The notes: generated by a model not told the origin, from the sequence alone. A stretch of 64,000 nt of DNA from Alphaproteobacteria bacterium (GCA_964291285.2 OZ219785.1:32001-96000), one strand, 5' to 3'; numbered from the stretch's first letter, positions 20,323 through 31,184 are shown. Program-made: numbers and translations.

Positions 20323-21459
20323 ATGCGCATCCATGCCCCCGTCAACGAGCGGACGGTCCGCCGCACCTTCAGGGAGAAGAAACCCGGACGATACGGCCTG
20401 ACCGTCATCGACAGGGACCTGCCCGCCTTCGGCTTCACCGTCGCCGGGAACGGAACGAAGACCTTCTTCGTCCGGACCTCACGCCAGTTCGGCGCGCCCA
20501 GGGCGATCCTCGGCACGACCGACGACATGACCGCCGCCGAGGCGAGGGAGAAGGCCATTGCCGCCATCGCCGAAGCCAAAGCCGACCGCGAGACCGGGCC
20601 GCTGTTCGCCGACTTCGCGGCCGACTTCATGCGCCGCCAGGGGCGGCGCTGGAAACCCTCCACGAGGAAGGCCAACGCCCATCTGGTCGAGCGCGGCCTC
20701 GTGCCCTTCTTCGGCGCGATGCCCGTCGCGAAGATCGACCGCGCCGATGTGCGGCGCTGGTTCGATTCCCTCAGCGGCGCCCCCGGCAGCGCCAACCGGA
20801 CCCTGCCGGTGCTCTCGGTGATGATGCGGCAGGCGGAGCTATGGGACCTTCGCCCGCAGGGCTCCAACCCCTGCCGCAACATGCGGCGCTACAGGACGGC
20901 GCCGCGCGAGCGGTTCCTGTCCCTGGACGAGTTGAAGCGCCTCGGCTTCGTCCTCGACCATGCCGAGGACCGGCAGGCCGCCGCCGCCATCCGCCTGCTG
21001 CTGTTCACCGGCGCCCGGTCGTCCGAGATCGCCAGCCTGCAATGGGACTGGATACGGGACACCCGCGCGGTGTTGCCGGACTCCAAGACCGGACCGAAGG
21101 CGCTCCAGCTTCCCCCGCCCGCGCGGGCCGTCCTGAATGGCCTGCCGCGCGAGGGACGCTTCGTCTTCCCGAACGGGAAGGGCGACGGCCCGATGACCGA
21201 CCTCGGCCTGCGCTGGCAGAAGCTGCGCGGTCTCGCCGGGCTGGACGATGTGCGCATCCACGACTGCCGGCATACCTTCGCCTCCCATGCCGTGATGAGC
21301 GGCCTCGACCTCTACACCGTCGGCCGCCTGCTCGGCCATGCCGATACCGCCTCCACCGAACGCTACGCCCATCTCGCCGACGAGCATGTCCGCGAGGCGG
21401 CCGGGCGCATCTCCGGCATCGTCCACGGCGCCATGACCGGGAAGGAAAGCGGGCGATGA
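20323..21459 (+). CDS. tyrosine recombinase/integrase 1 (short arm-binding domain)
   Basis: TGARSSE, DSKTG, HDCRH, LLGH and TERY catalytic motifs. Confidence 0.93.
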   Translation: MRIHAPVNERTVRRTFREKKPGRYGLTVIDRDLPAFGFTVAGNGTKTFFVRTSRQFGAPRAILGTTDDMTAAEAREKAIAAIAEAKADRETGPLFADFAADFMRRQGRRWKPSTRKANAHLVERGLVPFFGAMPVAKIDRADVRRWFDSLSGAPGSANRTLPVLSVMMRQAELWDLRPQGSNPCRNMRRYRTAPRERFLSLDELKRLGFVLDHAEDRQAAAAIRLLLFTGARSSEIASLQWDWIRDTRAVLPDSKTGPKALQLPPPARAVLNGLPREGRFVFPNGKGDGPMTDLGLRWQKLRGLAGLDDVRIHDCRHTFASHAVMSGLDLYTVGRLLGHADTASTERYAHLADEHVREAAGRISGIVHGAMTGKESGR

Positions 21460-22805
21460 GCGGCGGCAGGCATCGTGTCCGGCTCACCGTGAAGGCCGTC
21501 GCCGCCGCCAAGCCGGCGGAACGGGAATACACCCTGTGGGACAATCTGCTGGCGCATTTCGGGGTCAGGGTGCAGCCCTCCGGCGTCCGGTCCTGGATCG
21601 TCCAGACCCGCGTCCGGGGACGCATGCGCAAGATCACCCTCGGGCGCTTCCCCGAACTGCCTCTCGACGCGGCGCGCCGGGAAGGCGCAGCCGTGCTCGC
21701 CCGCCTGTGGGGCGGCGAGGACGTGACGCCGCCGCGCAAGGAGAAGGCGCCGCTGTTCCGGGACTTCGCCGCCCGTTACCGCTCGCGGCGGAAACACCGC
21801 TGGAAGCCGTCCTCGCTCAAGACCTTCGATAGCTACATGAAGAACCGCCTGATGCCGCATTTCGGCAGGCTCCGGCTCGACGCCATCGACCATGCGCGGG
21901 TCTCGGCATGGTTCGACGCCGCCAGCGCGGACAGGCCCGGCGCCGCCAACCGCGCCTTCGAGATACTCCGCGCCATGCTCGGGACGGCCCGGCAGTGGGG
22001 CGACATCGGCGAGCATGTCCCCGATGCCTGCGCCAACATCGTGAAGAACCCCCGCAAGCCTGTCGCGCGTTACCTCAGCCGCGAAGAGCTGGAGCGTCTC
22101 GGCGCGGTGCTCGACCGCCACCGGAAGGAACACCCCTGGCCGGTGGCGGCCATCCGGCTGCTGACGCTCACCGGGGCGCGGCTCTCCGAAGTCATCAACC
22201 TCAGGTGGGACGAGATCGGAGAGTTGACCGGAGACGGCGCGAGCGCGCGCATCGAAGACTCCAAGACCGGGCCGCGCACCATCTGGCTCGGACCCGAAGC
22301 GGCAAGGCTGGTCGAGGCGCTGCCGCGACCGGATGGCCGGGAGCGGGTGTTCCCCGAGACCCTCACACCGGCAAGGCTCTACACCTTCTGGTGCGGTATC
22401 CGCGACGAGGCGGGGCTTCCGGGCCTTCGCATCCACGACTGCCGCCACACCTGGGCCTCGCAGGGCGTCATGAACGGCGTCGGGCTCACCACCGTCGGAC
22501 GGCTGCTCGGACACCGCAAGCGGGAGACCACCGCGATCTACGCCCATCTCGACGATGGCGCGCTGCGGGTCGCCGCCGCCCAGGCCGCCGCCGTCATCGC
22601 GCGAGCGATGGGGTACAGGGCGGAGGCGCCTCCGCTGCCGGACGAGGCGGCGCACGGCGATGCATCGGCCGACATACCTGTGCCGTCCAGGCCCGGTGCG
22701 TCGGCATCACCGGAGGGAGGGCGATCCTCCCTCCGGGTCAGGACCGGGGATCCGGAGCGATCGGATGCAAGCATCCGCCGTAGACCGCAGGGTATCGGGA
22801 TCTGA
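21456..22805 (+). CDS. tyrosine recombinase/integrase 2 (arm DNA-binding domain)
   Basis: EYTLWD..FGVRVQPSGVRSW..TLGRFP arm domain; TGARLSE, HDCRH, LLGH, TAIY. ATGA overlap with integrase 1. Confidence 0.93.
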   Translation: MSGGRHRVRLTVKAVAAAKPAEREYTLWDNLLAHFGVRVQPSGVRSWIVQTRVRGRMRKITLGRFPELPLDAARREGAAVLARLWGGEDVTPPRKEKAPLFRDFAARYRSRRKHRWKPSSLKTFDSYMKNRLMPHFGRLRLDAIDHARVSAWFDAASADRPGAANRAFEILRAMLGTARQWGDIGEHVPDACANIVKNPRKPVARYLSREELERLGAVLDRHRKEHPWPVAAIRLLTLTGARLSEVINLRWDEIGELTGDGASARIEDSKTGPRTIWLGPEAARLVEALPRPDGRERVFPETLTPARLYTFWCGIRDEAGLPGLRIHDCRHTWASQGVMNGVGLTTVGRLLGHRKRETTAIYAHLDDGALRVAAAQAAAVIARAMGYRAEAPPLPDEAAHGDASADIPVPSRPGASASPEGGRSSLRVRTGDPERSDASIRRRPQGIGI

Positions 22806-22963
22806 GTTTGCGGCGGGCATGGAGCCGATCGGGGACCCTCAGGCGGGGTCTTTGCCGTGAAAATGGTTGGGGATCGGGCACACAAAAACCCCTCCCCGCC
22901 AAAGCACTGCTTCCGAGGCGTCCGATACTCGCCATCTGCGGCGCCCGTCTTGCGGATCGTGAA

Positions 22964-23704
22964 TCGAAGCCGCTGGACCGCATCGGCGAGGCCGCCATCC
23001 GGCGCTGGTTCGAGCGATACAGCCGCACCGCGCCGGGCAACGCCAATCCCTGCCTTGCCCGTCTGCGGCAGATACTCAACTTCGCCCTCGCCTGCGGCCA
23101 CATCGAGGTCAATCCCGTCGGGCGCATCGCCCCGAACCGCCGCACGGCGCTCACGCGGTTCCTGTCCCGGGAGGAACTCGCACGCCTCCATGCCGCCCTG
23201 GACGCGCAGACCCGGAAGAGCGCGCGGCAGCAGGCCGACATCGTCCGCCTCCTGCTGCTGACCGGCTGCCGCAGAAGCGAGATCACGGGCCTGCGATGGT
23301 CCGAGGTCCGCGACGACGGGTTGGCGCTCACCGATGCCAAGACGAGGCCGAGGACGGTCCCGCTCGGCAGCCGGGCCCGGGCCATTCTCGACCGGCAGCC
23401 GCGCGCGGGCAGCCCGTTCGTGTTTCCCTCGCCGTGCGACCCCGCCCGCCCGCGCAGCCCGGACCTGCCGCTCTGGTACCGCGTCAGACGCGAAGCCGGC
23501 ATCGGGGATGTCCGCCTTCATGATCTCCGGCATACCATGGCGAGCCATGCCGTCATGAACGGCGTGCCCGTCCCGGTGGTCTCCCGCCTGCTCGGGCATT
23601 CCAATGTGAGGATGACGCTGCGCTATGCCCATCTCGCCGACCGCGAGATCGAGGCCGCCGCGGAACGCGTCGGGCAGGCCATGAGCGCCGTGCTGGAGGC
23701 TTGA
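22964..23704 (+). pseudogene. tyrosine recombinase 3, N-terminally truncated
   Basis: TGCRRSE, HDLRH, LLGH and TLRY are intact. Similarity to the paralogs begins only at KPLDRI, and no convincing start codon. Confidence 0.8.
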
Positions 23705-23745
23705 TGCACGACCCGGCCCGATGCTGCCGCTATCGGCGTGTCCGG

Positions 23746-24996
23746 TCAGAACTGTCGCACGAAGGAGAGTTCGGCGCGGTTGCGGTCGTAGTCGAGGGCC
23801 TGGGCGTTGGTATCGCGCTCCTCGCGGATGAGCGAGAGGCGGGGGCTGAAGCCGAGCACGGTGACGGCGCGGTTGTGCACGGAGAACGAGAGGGTGCGCG
23901 TCTCGTCCCGGCGCGGCCTGCGGTCGATGGTGTTGTGGGCGAAGCCCTGTCCCTGGTATGCGGCGCGCTGCAGGGAGGCGCGCAGGCCGAGGGTGAAGCC
24001 GGCCGGCAGCGCGAGCGTCGCGCCGAGGCCGGCCCGGGGTCCGCGGTTGCGCCAGTGTCCGGCATTGGCGCGGGTCCAGTTGTATCCGGCATGGCCGCCG
24101 AGGCGCAGGATCGGCAGGGCGGCCCAGCTTGCGCCGAGCGTCGCATCGCCCGCCGGGCCGTCGAGCCAGTTGCAGCCGCGGCAGTTGCGCCGGGTGGCGC
24201 TGGCGTGGGCGAACAGGGCGAGGCGCGGCGTCAGGCGGTGCGCGCCTTCCAGCCGGACGCCGAAGCGGTCGGTCTCGGGCCGCCCGGCGGTCCATTGCCG
24301 GTCCACCACCGCCAGCAGGCTCGCCTCCGTGTTCTCGTCGATCAGCCGGCGCGGGCCGATATGGGCCGAGAGCGAATGGCGGTCGAACGCCCCGCCCTTG
24401 TATTCCCGCGCGCTGGCGTCCGCCCCGGCGCGCAGCCGCAGGGCCGGCGAAAGCGGAACCTGGTATTCGCCGCCGCCCCACAGCGAGACGCCGATGCCCG
24501 ACTTGCGCGACACGTCGCCGTCGAGGGTGAAGGGCAGGCGCCCGAACGGCGTGTCGAGGAAGACCGTGCGCTCCCCCGATGCGGCGTTGAGGTTGCTGTC
24601 GGGCGCCACCGCCAGGCCGAAATGCGCCTCCCAGCGCCGCCGCGCGCGCATGATGTCGAGGAAGCGCCGGATGTTGGCGGCCACCGCCGGCGGCGGCGTC
24701 CCCGCCAGAACCTGTTCGAAATGCCGCCGCGCCAGGCTGTCCTCTTCCTTCAGGAAGAAGGCGTGCGCGAGTTCGAGGCGCACCCGCACCAGGTCCGGGC
24801 GGTCCACCAGGATGGCCCGGAACGCCGCAATCGCCTCGTCGAGCTTCCCGTCGCGGGCGTCCCGGTCCGGGGCGGCCTGCGCGGCGGCAAGCGCCTCCAT
24901 GCCCGCCCGGAACCGCTCGCCGGTCGCGTCCTGGCCGTGGGCGGCGGCCGCGAACAGGCACAGCCCGGCGGCAATGACGAGAGCGGGTATGCGCAT
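23746..24996 (-). CDS. Slam/DUF560-type outer-membrane translocon (TPR plus beta-barrel)
   Basis: Signal peptide, TPR (RVRLELA..ARRHFEQVL), DSNLN motif, amphipathic strands, terminal F. Confidence 0.85.
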   Translation of the reverse strand: MRIPALVIAAGLCLFAAAAHGQDATGERFRAGMEALAAAQAAPDRDARDGKLDEAIAAFRAILVDRPDLVRVRLELAHAFFLKEEDSLARRHFEQVLAGTPPPAVAANIRRFLDIMRARRRWEAHFGLAVAPDSNLNAASGERTVFLDTPFGRLPFTLDGDVSRKSGIGVSLWGGGEYQVPLSPALRLRAGADASAREYKGGAFDRHSLSAHIGPRRLIDENTEASLLAVVDRQWTAGRPETDRFGVRLEGAHRLTPRLALFAHASATRRNCRGCNWLDGPAGDATLGASWAALPILRLGGHAGYNWTRANAGHWRNRGPRAGLGATLALPAGFTLGLRASLQRAAYQGQGFAHNTIDRRPRRDETRTLSFSVHNRAVTVLGFSPRLSLIREERDTNAQALDYDRNRAELSFVRQF

Positions 24997-25050
24997 GGGA
25001 ACCCCTGTCCGTGCAAAGGGAACCTCCGGCCGCCCGGAGAGCGCCGGAGG

Positions 25051-25086
25051 AAAGAAGGCCCCGGCCGCCTGAAGCAGCCGGGGCCT
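25051..25086 (-). terminator. rho-independent terminator after the lipoprotein gene
   Basis: aggccccggc/gccggggcct stem followed by a short T-rich run on the minus strand. Confidence 0.65.
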
Positions 25087-25109
25087 GAACCGGAGGCTAC
25101 GGGAGCCGG

Positions 25110-26822
25110 CTACTCTGCCGGCGCCTGTATCCTCGTCGAGAAGGCGCCGATAGCGTGCCCGTTCGAGAAGTGGGCGTTGAAGACACCCAGGATGCCGGCC
25201 GGGCGCCCGATGCCGTCCTTGTTGAAGGGCCCGGAGTCCCAAAGGCCAGTCTTGTCGTGGGCGGAAGCGCCTCTGGAACCCGTGGTAACGCCGCGGTAGA
25301 CGGTCAAGTCGTCCTGCGCGGTCTCCGCGAGCTCGACGCTCCAGTCCTCGTCGACGGCATTCCCCATGAAGTTGTCGATCGTGCCTCCCAGTTTACGCTC
25401 GCCTGCATCCCCGAACTTGGCGTTGAGCGTCACATCCGCCGTGAACTGTGCGGACTTCTGCCCCGTGTGCTCGCCGGCGGTGAAGGTCTTCAGCACCGAC
25501 AGGCCCAGGGCGTTGCCCTTGTAGGTGGCGGTGGCGGGCAGAGCGGCGTTCTTGGTGAGGTCCCCGCGATAGCCGGCAGGGCTGTTTGCGAGGACCGTGA
25601 CCCCGGTGGTGGAGCCGGTCTCATACAGCCAGTACCCGTAGCGGGCATAGGCATGGTACGTCGTGTAGTGGGAGTTCCTCGGCGTCATCCAGTAGTAGCG
25701 ATAGTTGCCCGCGTAGCCATCGTCGAATTCGTCGGCCGCCTTGAAGAACAGCTTGCCGGTCAGCTTGTCGCCAGGGGCAGAGCAGGTGCCCTGGCAATAC
25801 AGCGTCCCCTTGACCCCCTTGTAATATTGGTCCTCGGAGAGGTCGGTGGGATATGCATCCAGGGCCTTTCCGCTCGAGTTGGTGAGTGCGGACAGGGGCA
25901 TCCCGGCAAGGGGCAGGACATCGACATCCATGTTGTCGGCGCCGAAGGCCTTCTTCACGAGCATCCCATCCTTGGCGGCGATCTGCTCCCAGGTCATGAC
26001 GCCGGCCGGAAGTTCGCCGTCGTCATACCTGTGATAGAACATGGAGCGCCCGGTGTTGTCGGTGTGGTCCTGATCGGAAGTGGAGGGGAGGACAACCTTC
26101 GTCGGCGGCGGAGCAGCGGTCGGGGTTTCAGTGTACATGGCCGAGACCCTGGCATCGTAATTGCCGCCCGCACGAGCTGTGTCCGCAGGCTCCAAGGCAT
26201 GGAGCATCCGCCTCGCGGGCCTTGTCGAAGTCTTGAGGCCGCCAGCGGGGGTTTCGCCGGCGCGGTTCTTGATTTTCGCCTCTGTATCGACCGGCGAGAG
26301 AAGGCCCGCGAACGTCTGGGGTCCGCCGGTCAGGGTCTTCTCGATGGCCTTGATCTCCGCTTTCACTGTTTCGATCTGACCCGTGACCACCTTCTTCTGC
26401 GCCGCAAGGCCGGTCGTGCCGGCCGGCAGGGCGTTCAAATCCGTCAGCGCCTTCTCGGCCGCCGTCAGCGCCGCCTTGGCGTCCGCCAGCGCCTTGTCGG
26501 CCGCCGCCTTCGCGTCCATGATGACCTTGGCGTTGGCCCTGACCATCGAACTGTCGCCTCCGACGCTGTAGATGTCATACACGCCTTTCTTCTTGGCCTC
26601 GGCCAGCTGAGCTTCCGCTGTCTTCCTGGCATCCATCGCCGCCTTCTCGGCTGTCCCGGCGGCGTCATAGGCCGCCTGCGCCTTCTGGGCGTCCGTCATC
26701 TCCATCTGCTGGTCGCCGTCCATCGGCGCGGCCGCCTTCTTCCCGCCACCGCCTCCGCAGCCCGCGAGCGCCAGGCCCGCAGCGGCCATCGCCGCCAGAG
26801 CCACATGTCTCATGGTTCTCAT
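25110..26822 (-). CDS. surface lipoprotein with TbpB-like C-terminal barrel (Slam substrate candidate)
   Basis: Lipobox LAGC plus GGGGG, Ala/Lys-rich coiled coil, ATYKGNALG...GTIDNF...GAF C-terminal barrel motifs. Confidence 0.8.
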   Translation of the reverse strand: MRTMRHVALAAMAAAGLALAGCGGGGGKKAAAPMDGDQQMEMTDAQKAQAAYDAAGTAEKAAMDARKTAEAQLAEAKKKGVYDIYSVGGDSSMVRANAKVIMDAKAAADKALADAKAALTAAEKALTDLNALPAGTTGLAAQKKVVTGQIETVKAEIKAIEKTLTGGPQTFAGLLSPVDTEAKIKNRAGETPAGGLKTSTRPARRMLHALEPADTARAGGNYDARVSAMYTETPTAAPPPTKVVLPSTSDQDHTDNTGRSMFYHRYDDGELPAGVMTWEQIAAKDGMLVKKAFGADNMDVDVLPLAGMPLSALTNSSGKALDAYPTDLSEDQYYKGVKGTLYCQGTCSAPGDKLTGKLFFKAADEFDDGYAGNYRYYWMTPRNSHYTTYHAYARYGYWLYETGSTTGVTVLANSPAGYRGDLTKNAALPATATYKGNALGLSVLKTFTAGEHTGQKSAQFTADVTLNAKFGDAGERKLGGTIDNFMGNAVDEDWSVELAETAQDDLTVYRGVTTGSRGASAHDKTGLWDSGPFNKDGIGRPAGILGVFNAHFSNGHAIGAFSTRIQAPAE

Positions 26823-26899
26823 CGAACCCTTCTCCTTCTCTCGGCCCGGACAAACCGGGCAAACCGTTTGAACCGTTCCTTCGCCGCGCGAAACGCAGG

Positions 26900-28081
26900 T
26901 CAGAAGCTCAGCGTGATGCCGGTCACGAACCCGGCGCCCTCGACATTGCTGCCGGCGGCATTGCTGCCGGTGCTGGGCGCAGGCTTGCCTCTTTGCGCCG
27001 ACGGCACGCCGAAATCGTACTTGCCGGGCATCGTGCCGCGGTCCTTCTCGGCCATGAACAGCGAGCTTCTCCAGGCAATGCCCGGCGCCAGCATGTAGCT
27101 CGCCGAAAACAGGCCGCCCGACTGCTCCGTGCCGTCGTCGGCCTCGGTCATCGTGCCGCTCAGGCTCACCGCCAGCGCGCCTTCCGAATACATCACCCCG
27201 GCGGCCACGACCTCGACATCGTCCGAGGAGTCCGTCTTCATGCCGTCGTCCGCCGTGGCATAGGCGACATCGAAGCTGAACGCCCCCATGCCCACCCGCA
27301 GGCCGGCATTCGAGAAGGTGTAGTCGTCGGCGTCCATCTGGCTCTTCTGGTAGTGGCCCGCAGAGAACGCCAGGTTCATGTTGCCGAAATCGCCCTTGTA
27401 GTTGCCGGCGACCGACCAGGCGTCCTCGTCATTGTTCTTCACATTGCCGCCACGGCCTTCCTGCCCGGTGTTCGGGATGTAGCTCACGGCCATCTGCGCG
27501 CCGTTCACCCGCGGCGTGAAGTAGCTCACCAGGTTCTTGTCGCCGAGGCCGTGGCCCGCGGTCCCCAGGCCGGAGGGCCCGCACTCGTTGATGCCGTTGA
27601 TCCATCTGCCCATGTCGCCGCAGAGCATGCCGAAACCGGCATCCCGCACGCCCATGTGGGTGAGAACCACCGCGCTGTCCTCGGCTCCCAGCGTGATCTG
27701 ACCGAACTCGCCGCCAACCGTCAGCTGCGACTCGTCGATCATCGAACCCGAACTGTTGCCCTCGAGCTCCACCTTCACCGAGAAGGTCATGCCGTTGTCG
27801 GCGTCCAGCTTGCCCTTGAAGAAGATCTCGCTGTCCGACTGCTGGGCAACGCCGCCCTCTTTCATCGCGTCCGCCTCGTCGTCCACATCGACCATCCCGA
27901 ACCACTGCTGCATGTAGCCGCCGACGCCCACGCTCAGCATGTCCGCCGCAGACGCGGGACCCGCCGCAAGCGCAAGACCCGAGGCCGCAAGAAGAACCTT
28001 GCCCGTGAAACCCCGCGCTCGGCATCCGCCATGCTGCCTGCCGTCCCCCGGCCATGCCGGGCCATGTCCTGCTGTCGTCAT
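26900..28081 (-). CDS. alphaproteobacterial porin
   Basis: ASA signal cleavage, EIFFKG, VELEG, IDE, YFTPR motifs, terminal F. GAAGGAG RBS. Confidence 0.85.
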   Translation of the reverse strand: MTTAGHGPAWPGDGRQHGGCRARGFTGKVLLAASGLALAAGPASAADMLSVGVGGYMQQWFGMVDVDDEADAMKEGGVAQQSDSEIFFKGKLDADNGMTFSVKVELEGNSSGSMIDESQLTVGGEFGQITLGAEDSAVVLTHMGVRDAGFGMLCGDMGRWINGINECGPSGLGTAGHGLGDKNLVSYFTPRVNGAQMAVSYIPNTGQEGRGGNVKNNDEDAWSVAGNYKGDFGNMNLAFSAGHYQKSQMDADDYTFSNAGLRVGMGAFSFDVAYATADDGMKTDSSDDVEVVAAGVMYSEGALAVSLSGTMTEADDGTEQSGGLFSASYMLAPGIAWRSSLFMAEKDRGTMPGKYDFGVPSAQRGKPAPSTGSNAAGSNVEGAGFVTGITLSF

Positions 28082-28422
28082 CGTCTCGTCTCCTTCAGGT
28101 GAAAGCCCGTCCGCAGCGCCCGTCGACCGCCGCACGCCGGAGAAGGCGCACGACGGGGCGGCAGGTCACCGGGGACGGGAGGTGAAGCCGCGGCCCCGGA
28201 AAGGCCGCGGCAGAAAGCGTGCCGGGGAAGGCCGGGCCGCCCGCAAGGCGGTCATGCCGCAAGCGCGGCGGGCGCGCTCCCCGGCAACGTATCCATCTGC
28301 ACGCGCCCGGCGCTCCTCCGCAGAGGACGCACGGGCGGGAAAGACAACAATCAGGCGGGAGCCGCTCTCCCGATGGCGAACCGGCAGACCGGCGCCAGAA
28401 GACGGCATATGAAAGACATGAA

Positions 28423-28540
28423 GAGGCGCGAGGCGCGAGGCGCGAGGCGCGAGGCGCGAGGCGCGAGGCGCGAGGCGCGAGGCGCGAGGCGCGAGGCGCG
28501 AGGCGCGAGGCGCGAGGCGCGAGGCGCGAGGCGCGAGGCG
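28423..28540. repeat. perfect 7-bp tandem repeat (GAGGCGC) x ~16.9
   Basis: 118 bp, read directly from the sequence. Confidence 0.97.
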
Positions 28541-29503
28541 TATTCTACACCGTGTTCGAGCCGCTGAAGTCAAGTCCGGATACACCCGCCGCTGAGATGG
28601 CCCGGAACCTCTAACCCGGCCGCACGACACCGCACAACCTCCCGGACCAACCCGAACGCCGATTTTACCGACCTGTTGCATCCATGCCACAGTCAGCCGC
28701 CGACGGGCCCCCGCAAACCGGGCCCGCGGCGCCCATCGACGACCGGCAGGCGCGGCTTTCTCCACCGGCGTGCAATGGAACGCAATGGAGCGTCCGCTGC
28801 CGCGTCTTCCCCACTCCAGGCCCGCCGCCGCCAGCGGCGCATCGACAAATGCGCCGCCCTCCCCCGGGTCTCGTCCCCGCTCTCCCGGTTCGCCATCCGC
28901 CGCCGCTCGATCCGCGACAGGACCGCCGCCTCCCGCAGCACCCGGAGCAGAAGGTTCGTTGACGGACCCGCCGCCCCGGCGCCTCCACCGGGCCGGCGAG
29001 CCGGTGCGCGATGTAGCGGAAGACCATCATGCCGGACCGCCTGCGCGCTCGCCGATGCGCGCCCGTTTCCCGCCGGGCGCCATCACCGCGCGCTGCGCCG
29101 CCCGGCGGCCGGCTCATGACGACGCTCCCGCAACCGCCGCAGCCGTCACCATTCCGATTTCCATCGGCCAACATGCTTGCGTTTCTCCTGTATCAATTAT
29201 GGTATTCATCCTCTCAAGAGGTGATTCGGTGCATCACCGCTATGATCCTGACTGTCTTCGCATCAGGAGACTATCCATGCATGGAGCTATCCTCCATGCC
29301 CCCCTGAGCACAACGCATTGTCCTTGTTCACTTCCCCCAGTGCCATTATCGCCTTTACGGCTTCCCCGTAGGTCAATCCGGTTTCCTGCCATTGCCTCTT
29401 GTCATGCCCGGAAATATCCAGTATTCAGGCCCCCTCATGGGAGGAATGCGACCTTTCGTCAGATAGTGCCCTAACGTGAAAAATCTCATTTGAGATTTAC
29501 ACG

Positions 29504-30409
29504 CTCGAGACCGTCGGACAGTCCGCAACCGCGACCGTCTGCGAACACGCCGCCCTCTACGGCGCCACCCCCGAGCGCGACGAACTCGACCCCCGCGAGG
29601 TCTGGGATGAGGACGATGCGCTGACCGCAATCGGCGAGGCCTTCCGCATCCTCGCCGAAGGCGCCTGCCCCGACGGCACCCAGCTCGCCGACGAACGCGA
29701 GAGCCTGCTGTGGGGCTTCGTCAACATGCTCCACGCCCAGAGCCGCCGCCTCGACCGCAGCGTCGACCGGCTCAGCCCGGACCTGCGCGACCTCCAGCGC
29801 GAGCAGGACGGCTCCGAGATCAAGTCCCGCGACCTGGAGCTCGTCACCGACCGCGCGCAGAACCTCGGAGACCGGCGCGACGCCTTCGAGAAGATGCGCA
29901 ACACCGCCGCGCACGCCTACCGCGAAGAGACCGGCGACATGTGGCGGCCCCGGCACGGCAGCCACGCCAGCCAAACCGGCACGCTCACCAGCGCCGCCAT
30001 CGACGCCCGCGACTTCGTCCGTGCCCGCAAGGACCGCGCGACCATGGCGCACCTGCCGCAGGGCACCCTCGTCGCCATCGCCGGCGGCAAGGACGTCGCC
30101 GCCCCGGCCGCGGTGATCGCCAGGCTCGACCAGGCCCGCGCCAAGTATGCCGACCTCGTGCTCGTGCATGGCGGCGGCCCCGGCGTCGAGAAGATCGCCG
30201 CAAGCTGGGCCGAGCGCAACGGCGTCCACCAGGTCGTCTGCAAGCCCGACTGGGACCGCCACGGTCGCGCCGCACCCTTCCGCCGCAACGACGAACTGCT
30301 CAACCTCCTGCCCAGGGGCGTCATCGCCTTCCCCGGCTCCGGCATCACCGAGAACCTCGTCGACAAGGCCCGCAGCCTCGGCATCCCGGTCATGCGCTGC
30401 CCCGCCTGA
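29504..30409 (+). pseudogene. DUF2493 (SLOG-family) plasmid/ICE protein, start codon missing
   Basis: LLWGFVN, TGDMWRP, VHGG, APFRRND, FPGSGI. The frame extends upstream of 29726 to a stop at 29477 with no start codon. Confidence 0.75.
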
Positions 30410-31184
30410 CACGCAGCACCCACGGGCCGCGTCGTCTCCGCTCCGGCGGCGGCGCGGTCCGTTTCCGTATGCGCACACCCGTTGCGCTGCGCCGCCGACA
30501 CCTCGCGCGCGCTTCGCGCCGCGCTCATGCGGAGCCTGCCCCGGACGACGATCCGGGGCTGCCGCATCACGCGCCGCTGCACCATGCTTCGCATGGGTGC
30601 ATCGCGGGCTGCGCCGGGCCCGGCGCAGTGCCGCCGGCACTGCTGACCCGCCCACTGCCGGCGCTGCTGCCGGACCGGCACGACACCGTGCTTCGCACCG
30701 CTGCCCGCAGTCCTGCAGGCGCCGCCGTCGGCGCCTCCGATCGCAACGGCTATCGCAACCGTCACCGCACCCGCGCGGCTGACGCCGCGGTAACGGGTGC
30801 GCCATCACCGTCTGCGTCTGCGGTAATGTGTGAGCAGCACGCGATCACCCTGAACAGCCCCGCTTTCGTCCGGCACGCCTGTATCGCGGTAACATGTGCG
30901 CGGCGTCCTTCGGCTCCGCGGAACATGTGCGGCGGCGCCCGTGCCGCCGAGGTAACGCCGCCGGCTCCGGTGCGCCATGTGTGAAGACTGCCCTCCGCCG
31001 TTTGCACGCCGCGCCGCGTTCTGTTACCTCTGCCACCGAACGACAACGCGGAACGCGCTCGAAGATCGCGGACCGGTCGTCTCGCTCAATCGCCGCGACG
31101 GCTCCCGTCCCTTGTGACGCCGGCGTTTCAGGCGATGGTGGTGTGCAGGGCAACCTCGCCCGATCTCGACTCCGTTCGGAGTTT

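Noticed and set aside
20323-23704. Classical RIT element
   Set aside because: The proteins are arm-domain phage/ICE-type paralogs and no terminal inverted repeats were seen.
28219-28765. ORFs with REARGAR / LAPRASR repeats, and a possible CRISPR array
   Set aside because: These are translations of the 7-bp tandem repeat. There are no spacers and no cas genes.
28665-29174. 169-aa protein-coding gene
   Set aside because: It has an RBS, but the sequence is low-complexity, Arg/Gly-rich and without a recognisable domain, so it cannot be supported.
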